NCBI GenBank assembly: GCA_964361825.1
Contig: CAYICB010000006.1
Coordinates: 1 to 46,677, forward strand
Source: an uncultured Candidatus Saccharibacteria bacterium
GTDB lineage: Bacteria; Patescibacteriota; Minisyncoccia; Phycocordibacterales; JACOZG01
DNA length: 46,677 nt
Direction of reading: 5' to 3'
Shown: positions 9,469 through 17,410 of the stretch, in pieces
How positions within the stretch are numbered: the first letter of the stretch is position 1
Layout of the letters: every line of letters begins with the position of its first letter
Notes under the pieces: generated by a model
Database searches by the model: none
What the model saw: only the letters and a program-made list of their open reading frames with translations
What the model was told of the DNA's origin: nothing
Made by a program: the position numbers and the translations under genes

Positions 9469-9498
9469 AGCCTCCGGCAAGGGGACCCCTTGACATTG
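9469..9498. repeat. 30-bp repeat AGCCTCCGGCAAGGGGACCCCTTGACATTG (copy 2)
   Basis: Begins 2 nt after the PKD-gene stop. Lies between convergent genes. Confidence 0.9.
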
Positions 9499-9508
9499 GT
9501 AAGCTGTT

Positions 9509-9868
9509 TTACTTTTCCGTCTCCAGTTCTAAGCACACCGAGTTTAGGCAATAGCGTTTGCTGGTTTTGGTTGGACCATCTGGGAACACGTGGCCGAGGT
9601 GAGAATGGCAGTTGGCGCAACGGACTTCGGTGCGCGTCATTCCATGTGAAGAATCTTCAATAAACTCAACAGCGTCCGGCAAAGCTTGATCGAAGCTGGG
9701 CCAGCCAGTGCCAGAGTCAAACTTGGCATCAGAGGCAAACAGGGGATTCTCGCAAGCGGCGCACTTGTAAGTACCCGCGCGCTTTTCGTGCAACAGCGTG
9801 CCAGAGAACGGGGCCTCGGTTCCTCCTTGGCGCATCACGCGTTCTTGTTCCAGGGTCAACTTTTTCAT
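9509..9868 (-). CDS. msrB: peptide-methionine (R)-S-oxide reductase
   Basis: 119 aa from MKKLTLEQ. Two CxxC pairs (CAACENP, CANCHSHLGHVF) and catalytic RYCLNS. The longer ORF-track version runs into uppP and is not supported. Confidence 0.9.
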   Translation of the reverse strand: MKKLTLEQERVMRQGGTEAPFSGTLLHEKRAGTYKCAACENPLFASDAKFDSGTGWPSFDQALPDAVEFIEDSSHGMTRTEVRCANCHSHLGHVFPDGPTKTSKRYCLNSVCLELETEK

Positions 9869-9875
9869 TAAATTG

Positions 9876-9883
9876 ATTATACT
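9876..9883. promoter_or_regulatory. overlapping divergent -10 boxes (TATACT for uppP, TATAAT for msrB) in a 22-bp intergenic gap
   Basis: GATTATACTT: + strand TATACT at 9878-9883, 7 nt before ATG 9891. The - strand TATAAT (complement of 9876-9881) is 7 nt before ATG 9868. No SD on either side. Confidence 0.55.
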
Positions 9884-9890
9884 TAATAAA

Positions 9891-10649
9891 ATGACTTTTT
9901 TCCAAGCGGTAATTTTGGGGTTTATTGAGGGTTTAACCGAGTTTTTGCCGGTGTCTTCTACGGCGCACTTAATTTTAGCTACCAAATGGCTCGGCATAGC
10001 GGAAACCGATTTTGTCAAAAGTTTTGTGGTGGTGATCCAGTTTGGTGCCATTCTTGCGGTAATTTGGTTATATCGGAAGCGCTTATGGCAAGAGCCCGCG
10101 TTGTGGCGCCGGGCTTTAACCGCCTTTTTGCCCACGGCGATTATTGGCTTTTTACTTTACAAATTAATCAAAGGTTTTTTGTTTGAGAGCGAGCTGGTAA
10201 TTTTGCTCGCGCTCACTTTGGGCGGTTTAATTTTAATTGTGTTTGAACGCTGGCATCGGGCGGGGGAGCAAAACACCATTTCTGCCAAACAGTCGCTAAT
10301 CATTGGTGGCGCCCAAGCCCTCGCCGTTATTCCCGGAGTGTCGCGCGCCGCGGCCACGATTGTGGGCGGGCTCGCCCTCGGCCTCTCGCGGCGCGCCATC
10401 GTCGAATTTTCTTTTATTTTGGCCATTCCCACGATGCTGGCCGCCACTAGCTACGATTTGTGGCAAAGCGGCGCTAATTTTGCTCCCGACGATTGGTTTT
10501 TGCTTTTGGTGGGTTTAATCACCGCTTTTATTTCGGCACTGATTGGGATTAAGTTTTTCTTGCGCCTCATTGAGCGCTGGTCTTTTGTGGCCTTTGGTCT
10601 TTATCGGATTTTATTTGCTGGCTTGGTTTATCTTTGGCTCGCGCTTTAG
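9891..10649 (+). CDS. uppP: undecaprenyl-diphosphate phosphatase
   Basis: MTFFQAVILGFIEGLTEFLPVSSTAHL and PGVSRAAATI are BacA/UppP signatures. Confidence 0.9.
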   Translation: MTFFQAVILGFIEGLTEFLPVSSTAHLILATKWLGIAETDFVKSFVVVIQFGAILAVIWLYRKRLWQEPALWRRALTAFLPTAIIGFLLYKLIKGFLFESELVILLALTLGGLILIVFERWHRAGEQNTISAKQSLIIGGAQALAVIPGVSRAAATIVGGLALGLSRRAIVEFSFILAIPTMLAATSYDLWQSGANFAPDDWFLLLVGLITAFISALIGIKFFLRLIERWSFVAFGLYRILFAGLVYLWLAL

Positions 10650-11213
10650 ATGTTTTAGGGCGGGGAGGAAGGAGGTCAAAATAATTACCGCAATAATCCA
10701 GTGGAGATATTTTTCGGCTTCGGGAATTTGCGCGCCCAGAGTATAACCAAGCACGGTTAAGCCTACGGTCCATAAAAAGCCGCCAACTAAATTGTAGATA
10801 ATAAAGTTGCGATAGGGCATAGAGCCCACGCCGGCCACAATGGGTACAAAAGTGCGAATAATTGGGATAAAGCGAGCTAAAACAATGGCATTATTGCCGT
10901 GAGTCAGAAAAAATTTATTGGCCTTGGTTATGTGTGTTGGCTTGAAGAAGCGCGATTCTGGACGGTTAAAAATTTTTGGTCCCACCTTTTTACCAAAAGC
11001 ATAACCGGTACTATCGCCAAGCACTGCCGCGACAAAGAGTAGTGGCGCGAGAAGCCAGATATTAAGTAATCCTTGGGCAGCAATGAAGCCGGCCGTGAAG
11101 AGGAGGCTGTCGCCCGGTAAGAAGAAGCCAAAAAATAGTCCCGATTCGGCAAAGATAATCGCGAAAAGCCCCAAGTAACCACCAGTCTCAATTAGGTTGA
11201 CTAGGTCGAACAT
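10611..11213 (-). CDS. DedA family (VTT/SNARE-associated) membrane protein
   Basis: 200 aa. ESGLFFGFFLPGDSLLFTAGF and ARFIPIIRTFVPIVAG are DedA hallmarks. The 3' end overlaps uppP by 39 nt. Confidence 0.85.
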   Translation of the reverse strand: MFDLVNLIETGGYLGLFAIIFAESGLFFGFFLPGDSLLFTAGFIAAQGLLNIWLLAPLLFVAAVLGDSTGYAFGKKVGPKIFNRPESRFFKPTHITKANKFFLTHGNNAIVLARFIPIIRTFVPIVAGVGSMPYRNFIIYNLVGGFLWTVGLTVLGYTLGAQIPEAEKYLHWIIAVIILTSFLPALKHLKREPKINQASK

Positions 11214-11248
11214 GACGCCTAGTATAACGAATGGAGCGTATCTTGCTA

Positions 11249-11277
11249 TTGACAGACATTCTTAAATATGCTACGAT
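11249..11277 (+). promoter_or_regulatory. promoter TTGACA-N17-TACGAT with TGc extension
   Basis: Read directly upstream of the 11305 ORF. Confidence 0.6.
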
Positions 11278-11304
11278 AGCAGCGTTCGAGTTTATTAGCA
11301 AAAA

Positions 11305-11841
11305 ATGTTGAAAATTATGAATAAAATGATTGCTTTGGCTCTAGTAATGGCTAATTTGCTGACTACTTCGGTAGTTTTTGCTGATTCGTCTTTGAGCCCC
11401 GCTCCGGTGAATAATCTTTCTATTACGCCGAGCGATAATGCTCCTCGTGGAGAGGCGCCTAGAGTTGAGGATGGAGGTAACCACGACATTATTTTACCGG
11501 TAATCTCTCCGGAGTTGATTCCGGATGAACCGCAAGGCCCAGCTTCGCCGATTGGTGAAGAGCCTTCAAGTAATGTTTATCCTCCTAAGCCGCCCAAGGA
11601 TAATGGTAATGGTGGGACAGATAATCCGCCTACGACCGATAATCCTGATAACAATACCGGCGGCGGAGGTGGGGGCGGTGGTGGTAAAAAGGTCAAAAAG
11701 CCTTTGACTATTGCCGACATGTCTCCAGAACTTCGTAACCAGTTATTGAACTTACTGCGGGCCATTTTGGCTTTGCAGGCCGCTCAATATCCCTTCGTTT
11801 CTGGCTACACGGCTCCCGTGATCCCAGAGATTAAAGGTTAA
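11305..11841 (+). CDS. secreted Pro/Gly-rich hypothetical protein
   Basis: Signal peptide (MIALALVMANLLTTSVVFA), proline-rich middle, G8 run, helical C-terminus. Three in-frame ATGs at 11305/11317/11326. Confidence 0.6.
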   Translation: MLKIMNKMIALALVMANLLTTSVVFADSSLSPAPVNNLSITPSDNAPRGEAPRVEDGGNHDIILPVISPELIPDEPQGPASPIGEEPSSNVYPPKPPKDNGNGGTDNPPTTDNPDNNTGGGGGGGGGKKVKKPLTIADMSPELRNQLLNLLRAILALQAAQYPFVSGYTAPVIPEIKG

Positions 11842-11863
11842 GAGTTCTTCTCAATCAGAGATC

Positions 11864-11891
11864 AAAAAACTCCCTAATTGGGGAGTTTTTT
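11864..11891. terminator. bidirectional rho-independent terminator
   Basis: AAAAAACTCCC-TAATT-GGGGAGTTTTTT between convergent genes. Confidence 0.85.
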
Positions 11892-11909
11892 GATGATTAG
11901 CAGGTGAGA

Positions 11910-12128
11910 TTATTGACCCATGCCCATCCCGCCACTGCCCTTATCGCAAGCCTTGCAGGTCTTCTTGTGGGTAACAAGTTCGTAAATAGCCGAGAGACCA
12001 ACCAAGATGTAAACAACCTTCATGATTGAGGCAGAAATCCAGTTACCGAGTCCCCAGTTGAAGGCTTCTAGTAACCAGTTCAAACCCCCAATAATCAAAA
12101 GAATAAACGCGATCTTGTGCAATTTCAT
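11910..12128 (-). CDS. DUF378 family small membrane protein
   Basis: 72 aa from MKLHKIAFILLIIGGLNWLL (GGLNW motif). Start moved to the internal ATG that matches family length. Confidence 0.8.
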   Translation of the reverse strand: MKLHKIAFILLIIGGLNWLLEAFNWGLGNWISASIMKVVYILVGLSAIYELVTHKKTCKACDKGSGGMGMGQ

Positions 12129-12227
12129 TAATTTTTTTATTTTAATTAATAATCCACAAACCAACCCCCACATTCTACCACACCCCCCAAACCGAGGTGG
12201 TGGATAACATGGGTATTTTGGGGTAGA

Positions 12228-13157
12228 ATGATATTACTCAAAATGAACTGGTTTTTGCTAGCTCTGTCTGCCCCGATCTTGTGGAGTATTGTCAATCATG
12301 TCGACAAGTATCTCTTGTCGAAGTTTTTTCGTTCCGGTGGGGTTGGAGCACTGATGCTTTATTCTTCCGTTGTGGCCATTGTGGTGTTGCCGGTATTTTA
12401 TTTTTTTTCTCCTGACCTTTTTTTGATTTCGGATTTTGCTAAAGGGATTTTAATTTTAGCTGGTTTCATTAATGCTTTGTTTATTTTGTTTTACCTTTTT
12501 GCCATTAATGAAGATGATGCTTCGGTCGTGATGCCATTTTTCTTGACGATTCCGATTTTTGGATATTTGCAGTCTTGGATCTTAATTGGGGAAACCTTAA
12601 CTCTTCGACAAATAGTCGCCTCCCTCATCATTCTTTTTGGGTCCTTAATTCTTTCTTTCAAAATAACTTCGTCTGGTTACCGTTTTCGTGGACGCATGAT
12701 TTTTTTTGTTCTTATTTCCTCGTTCTTTTTTGCTTTATACGAGACCCTGTTTAAGTTTGCTGCGGTAGAGGTTAATTTTTGGACGGCTGTTTTTTGGGAA
12801 CATCTCGGTTTGTTTTTGGTTGGCTTTTTCTTGTTTGTTTTTATTGAGAGATATCGTCGAGAATTTTTGGGAATGATTAAGGAAAATTCTACAGCTATTT
12901 TTTCTCTTAACCTAACAAGTGAAATAACGACCATTGTTGGTAACATTGCGACTGCTGGGGCGCTAGTCCTTGCGCCGGTGGCTTTAGTTCAGACTGTCTC
13001 TTCACTCCAACCACTGTTTGTTTTTATCTTTGGAGCGCTAATTACTCTCTACTTACCAAAGATTGGACAGGAAGACCTATCTCGAGCTACCATTATACAG
13101 AAGGTTTTGGCGCTCGCGATTATTTTAGTCGGAACTTATTTGCTCTTTAATGCTTAA
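12228..13157 (+). CDS. EamA/DMT family transporter
   Basis: About 10 TM helices in two EamA-like halves. ATG 12243 (MNWFLLALSAP) is the likelier start because TAGAAT (12224-12229) overlaps ATG 12228. Confidence 0.8.
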   Translation: MILLKMNWFLLALSAPILWSIVNHVDKYLLSKFFRSGGVGALMLYSSVVAIVVLPVFYFFSPDLFLISDFAKGILILAGFINALFILFYLFAINEDDASVVMPFFLTIPIFGYLQSWILIGETLTLRQIVASLIILFGSLILSFKITSSGYRFRGRMIFFVLISSFFFALYETLFKFAAVEVNFWTAVFWEHLGLFLVGFFLFVFIERYRREFLGMIKENSTAIFSLNLTSEITTIVGNIATAGALVLAPVALVQTVSSLQPLFVFIFGALITLYLPKIGQEDLSRATIIQKVLALAIILVGTYLLFNA

Positions 13158-13175
13158 GATTAGTCATTTTGTTGT

Positions 13176-13517
13176 ATGAATTTTCAATCAAATTCACGAC
13201 CATTTTTTTTGTTAATATTGGTATCTTTTGTTTTGGTTTTAATTTTGTCTTGGCATAAATACTTTATCAACAAAGATTATTTGCTTTACGCGCAAGTTAC
13301 TTGCGATGAAACCGAAGTTGGGTCTTGTTTTTTTAACGAAGAAAACGATTATCGATATAAGATAATTTACTATTTAGCGAAAGCGGCCCCCCGGTGTGAG
13401 CCAGAGCGGGGTGGGTGCCAAGAACTTTCTTGCCCAGCCGCGTCTCCACATTGCCAAACAATTTTTTGTACTGAGGAAACGCTTAAAAAATTAAACCTTT
13501 CCGATCAGTGCCGTTAA
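13176..13517 (+). CDS. hypothetical membrane-anchored Cys-rich protein
   Basis: 113 aa. One N-terminal TM helix and 8 Cys in the ectodomain. No family recognised. Confidence 0.5.
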   Translation: MNFQSNSRPFFLLILVSFVLVLILSWHKYFINKDYLLYAQVTCDETEVGSCFFNEENDYRYKIIYYLAKAAPRCEPERGGCQELSCPAASPHCQTIFCTEETLKKLNLSDQCR

Positions 13518-13529
13518 TTCTTTCTCCTT

Positions 13530-14327
13530 ATGACAACCGATGGCGAAATTCAGAAAGACATCCTCTCCGTTTATACCCCTTTCTCCATCGCCATCTCTGA
13601 GCTCTCTCGTCGGCAAAAAGACGAGAATTTGAAACTACAAGTTCTAGATTTTTGGGGTAAGGATTATTTACCAAAACTAAACGGTGGTCCACCTCGGGCC
13701 GTATTTAATCGGCCGGTTGTTACTCCCACCTTAGAATTTCGTTATTTTTTAGATTTAGCTCGGTTGGCCAACTTGCGGCCACTCTTGCTTGAATATCCCG
13801 GTAAATTTGTGGCCAAATCTGTTGATAAATATGCTCTGGGTCGACTATTTTTTTTGGGCGAAGAGGGAAAAAATCACGGCCGGCCCTTGCCCACCTTAAC
13901 GATCGTAAACTTCAACGAAGTGGAGGGACAACCCTTGTCTGAGGTAAAAACCACTACTGGTTTAAAGCTAGCCGATTTTCATCACCAGCTTTTGAATTGG
14001 TTTTATCCCGAAAATGATTATCGGCCGACCAATTTTAGCCACTGGTTTGACTCAACCAAAGAGAAAACAAAATATTATTATCTTTATTTTTTCTCCCTTT
14101 TTATTCGTAACGGTATTTTATTTGAAAACTATTTGCAAGGAGATGAAGAGGAACACAAATTTTTTCTCGAAAAAGTGTACCCAAGTTTCCGGGAGCTTAA
14201 AAGAATTTTTGGTGTCCAGCCCTTGATTTGTCCGTTACTGCCGCTTGATGTGGAGCGACAGGTGTCTTGGTCCACTTATCCAGTTGAGATGAAAAAAATG
14301 ATAGAAACTCGTTATCGTTTGCGCTAG
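13530..14327 (+). CDS. hypothetical protein (no recognisable domain)
   Basis: 265-aa ORF with tight spacing to neighbours and coding-like composition. No motif I can name. Confidence 0.55.
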   Translation: MTTDGEIQKDILSVYTPFSIAISELSRRQKDENLKLQVLDFWGKDYLPKLNGGPPRAVFNRPVVTPTLEFRYFLDLARLANLRPLLLEYPGKFVAKSVDKYALGRLFFLGEEGKNHGRPLPTLTIVNFNEVEGQPLSEVKTTTGLKLADFHHQLLNWFYPENDYRPTNFSHWFDSTKEKTKYYYLYFFSLFIRNGILFENYLQGDEEEHKFFLEKVYPSFRELKRIFGVQPLICPLLPLDVERQVSWSTYPVEMKKMIETRYRLR

Positions 14328-14338
14328 AATAATAAGAC

Positions 14339-16015
14339 ATGGAATATAATCTTTTGGAGAATCTTCGGTATTGTGGGGAGTTTGTGCAAGGGTTGTCGAC
14401 TTTGCTCTATTATTCTCACTTAGCACCAGCGGCAATAGCCCTAATTGTGGCCTTTTTTGTTTATTTTAAGAAAAGCGATACCCTTTCTTCTTGGTTTTTA
14501 ACTGCCATTGCTACCTGTTTTTTTGTTTGGTCGGTTTTGGATTTGTCTATTTGGCTTAATTATTGGCGCGGCAGTTGGCTGATGTTCGCATGGTCATCGT
14601 TAGAACTTTTTAGTGTTTTGCTTTTTGTTTTAGGTTTTTATTTTGTTTATGTATTTTTGGAGAAGCGTGACTTGTCTCTGCGTCAGCAAGTGTTGCTTTT
14701 TGCGCCCATTTTGCCATTGATTATTTTTGCGGCGACGAGGTTTAATCTTCTTTCTTATGATTTACAAGAGTGTGTGGCCGTAGAAAATTTGCCCTATTTA
14801 AATTATATCCGAGGAGTGAAAATATTTTTTGCCGCTTTGACCCTTGTTTACCTTGGCTATAAATATTTTTTGACCAAAGTTTGGGGAACGAGGAAGCAAA
14901 TTCTAATTTTAGGAATTGGAATAATTAGTTTTCTTTATGCCTTTTTTGTTTCAGGTTTTATCTCAGAAAGGACTGGCAACTTTATTTTTGAAATTTGGGG
15001 TCTCTTTGCGATGGTGATATTTATCGCCGCTCTGGGTTACTTGATTGTTCGTTTTGCTGTGTTCAATATTCGTTTAATTGCTGCTCAAGCTCTGGTGTTT
15101 GCGCTGGTGATGCTGATCGGAGCGCAGTTTTTCTTTATTCGTAACCGGACCAATGTTTTTCTTAATGCTGCCACCTTCGTGTTTTCTTTGGGTTTTGGCT
15201 ATCTCTTGGTAAGAAATGTAAAGAAGGAACTTAAACAGCGGGAGAAAATCGAGCATTTGGCGGGGGAACTTAGCACCTCAAACGACAAGTTGTGGGTGGC
15301 GAATGAGAAATTGAAGGAGCTTGATCGGCAGAAAACAGAATTTGTGTCGATTGCGAGTCATCAATTGCGTAGCCCGCTGACTTCGGTGAAGGGTTATGCC
15401 TCCATGCTTCTCGAAGGTTCTTTTGGTCCAATTTCCGATAAGGCGGTGGAGGCGGTGAGTCGGATCTTCCAATCCAGTCAAAAGCTGGTTTTGGTGATTG
15501 AGGACTTTTTAAACATTAGCCGGATCGAACTCGGCACCATGAAGTATGAAATAGCCGAGATTGATCTTAAGGCGCTCGCCGAAAACTTGGTCAAAGAAAT
15601 TGCGCCTACGGTGGAGCGAAATAAGTTAAAAATTACTTTTGAAAGCGATCCATCGGCGAGCGGTGAGGAGTTTAAGGCGCAGGTCGATTCTGGTAAAATT
15701 AGCCAAGTTATCTCTAATCTCATTGATAATGGGATGAAGTATACGCACGCTGGTTCGATTGCGGTAAAGCTGGCCAAAGTGGCGGGCAAAATTCGTTTTT
15801 CCGTGACCGATACGGGGATTGGGATTGCACCAGAAACGATGCCCAAACTCTTCGAAAAGTTTTCGCGCGCTGATGATGCGGGGAAGGTGAATATAAAAGG
15901 CACCGGCCTCGGTCTCTATGTGGCTAAGCAGATTGTAGAGGCACATAAGGGCAAAATTTGGGCCGAGAGCGAGGGGGTGGGCAAGGGGAGTACCTTCATT
16001 GTAGAATTCGCCTGA
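14339..16015 (+). CDS. sensor histidine kinase with polytopic N-terminal membrane domain
   Basis: About 7-8 TM helices, coiled coil, HisKA H-box FVSIASHQLRSPLTSVKGY, HATPase_c N/G boxes (NLIDNGMKYT, DTGIGI, GTGLGLYV). Confidence 0.9.
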   Translation: MEYNLLENLRYCGEFVQGLSTLLYYSHLAPAAIALIVAFFVYFKKSDTLSSWFLTAIATCFFVWSVLDLSIWLNYWRGSWLMFAWSSLELFSVLLFVLGFYFVYVFLEKRDLSLRQQVLLFAPILPLIIFAATRFNLLSYDLQECVAVENLPYLNYIRGVKIFFAALTLVYLGYKYFLTKVWGTRKQILILGIGIISFLYAFFVSGFISERTGNFIFEIWGLFAMVIFIAALGYLIVRFAVFNIRLIAAQALVFALVMLIGAQFFFIRNRTNVFLNAATFVFSLGFGYLLVRNVKKELKQREKIEHLAGELSTSNDKLWVANEKLKELDRQKTEFVSIASHQLRSPLTSVKGYASMLLEGSFGPISDKAVEAVSRIFQSSQKLVLVIEDFLNISRIELGTMKYEIAEIDLKALAENLVKEIAPTVERNKLKITFESDPSASGEEFKAQVDSGKISQVISNLIDNGMKYTHAGSIAVKLAKVAGKIRFSVTDTGIGIAPETMPKLFEKFSRADDAGKVNIKGTGLGLYVAKQIVEAHKGKIWAESEGVGKGSTFIVEFA

Positions 16016-16030
16016 TTTTTGGCACAAATA

Positions 16031-16062
16031 AGCCCCGTCCGATCTCCGTCGGGCGGGGCTTT
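16031..16062. terminator. bidirectional terminator hairpin
   Basis: AGCCCCGTCCGA-TCTCCG-TCGGGCGGGGCT between convergent genes. Confidence 0.7.
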
Positions 16063-16090
16063 AACTTATTTGATCCATGGTACTCCTTTT

Positions 16091-16672
16091 TCATAAGACG
16101 AGCGATCTGTAACCACAGCTTCCTGTGTGCCCGTTTGTTGCAGTGCAAGTTTTCATGTCGTCACACTGCTCCGTGGTACATACGCCATTGTTGTTGTCTT
16201 CCCCGCTAATTCCGCACTTACAGCGGGGGATAATGGGTGGGGCGGGTAAGAACTCGATATATAGTGGACGAAGATCTTCGCCCCCCACCGGTTCCCAGAC
16301 TTGGTAGTCATAGGTTTCGACATTTTTTCCGTTGGGATCAGAGATCTCAACGACAAAGATGTTCCCTGCCAGCACCATTTTGCCCCCAACTTCTTCTTCG
16401 TCAAGTATTGCACTGAAAAGAAGTTGGCCAAATTCATCCCACTCGAAGTGGCTGACTTTCAGGTCGAGATCCCCGCGAGGTAGGACATATCTGACGAATT
16501 TCCCGACTTCTTCCGAGGTCTCGATGACATCATAAGATGTCAGGATGTGGGCCACAGACAAACCTTCTTTGTCCACCGTGTCCATCCTGACCTTTTCATC
16601 GTTAACGACGAAGGTCTTGGTGCTGGGTGCACTGGCGACAATGGTCGCGAGTACGAAGATGATGTTGAGCAT
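16091..16672 (-). CDS. secreted hypothetical protein with Cys-rich C-terminal tail
   Basis: Signal peptide MLNIIFVLATIVASA. C-terminal RCKCG...CTTEQCDDMKTCTATNGHTGSCG. The start ATG shares one nt with the upstream TAA (TAATG). Confidence 0.6.
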   Translation of the reverse strand: MLNIIFVLATIVASAPSTKTFVVNDEKVRMDTVDKEGLSVAHILTSYDVIETSEEVGKFVRYVLPRGDLDLKVSHFEWDEFGQLLFSAILDEEEVGGKMVLAGNIFVVEISDPNGKNVETYDYQVWEPVGGEDLRPLYIEFLPAPPIIPRCKCGISGEDNNNGVCTTEQCDDMKTCTATNGHTGSCGYRSLVL

Positions 16673-17238
16673 TACTCACTCTCCTTCTTAAAGAGGTTTT
16701 CTTCTGGGGTTTTCTCCATCGTTATGAACCGAAAATATCTTACTCGTGGTCGCATCGGGTCTGTCCAAATCACCGTGTCGTATTTGATTGGTGGCGGGAC
16801 AACACTTTTCCAGTCTTCGGTTACCCAGGACCGCCAATAAGAGCCAAACAAACAACCAGGCAATTCTTTTTGACACTTAATGTCCCAACCACCAACTTTA
16901 TTGAAAAGTTTGCGTGGAACCCTTGAAGTTTTTTCCTCCTTTCCTACGTGATTCTTTTCCCATACCACCACCTCGTCGTTTTCCTCGTGACTTCGGAGTT
17001 CGTAAATCAAGTGCTGATTAAACGAAACCCTGAGGTTTACTAGATTCGATGTTCCGTTGATCACCTCGCAGAATACTTCCCCCTCATTTTCGTCCTTGAC
17101 CCTTACTTGATACTTGAGCCAGCCATCCTTGATGAAGGCCGCCGACTGATCTTTGACACAGTCCTTGTTTGAGCATAGCGGTGGTGGGTTGAATGATGAT
17201 CCAACCAGCCAAAAGAGAAGCAAAACTATTTTTAGCAA
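16672..17238 (-). CDS. secreted hypothetical protein
   Basis: TTG start 5 nt after AGGAGG. Signal peptide LKIVLLLFWLVGSS. Promoter-like TTGTCT-N17-TATATT on the minus strand near 17300-17330. Confidence 0.6.
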   Translation of the reverse strand: MLKIVLLLFWLVGSSFNPPPLCSNKDCVKDQSAAFIKDGWLKYQVRVKDENEGEVFCEVINGTSNLVNLRVSFNQHLIYELRSHEENDEVVVWEKNHVGKEEKTSRVPRKLFNKVGGWDIKCQKELPGCLFGSYWRSWVTEDWKSVVPPPIKYDTVIWTDPMRPRVRYFRFITMEKTPEENLFKKESE

Positions 17239-17333
17239 GACTTAATCCTCCTAAAAAAGTGTGAGATATCCATGGATCTTGTCAAAGACCCATTTACGCC
17301 GATTGAATATAACTCTTTTGGCAAAAAAAGACA

Positions 17334-17376
17334 AGAAAAAACCCCGCCTAAAGCGCTGTGCGCAATAAGGCGGGGC
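17334..17376 (-). terminator. rho-independent terminator of the PEP-CTERM gene
   Basis: Minus strand CCCCGCCT...AGGCGGGG followed by TTTTTT. Confidence 0.8.
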
Positions 17377-17410
17377 AGGGGGTGCTTCTTTCCCCGTGTT
17401 CAGGAGATTG

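Noticed and set aside
6675-9498. CRISPR array
   Set aside because: There are only two copies of the 30-mer, 2.8 kb apart, with genes between them. No regularly spaced repeats exist anywhere in the window.
9509-10135. Long (208-aa) version of the msrB ORF
   Set aside because: The N-terminal 89 aa would overlap uppP on the opposite strand and has no MsrB similarity. ATG 9868 gives a canonical 119-aa MsrB.
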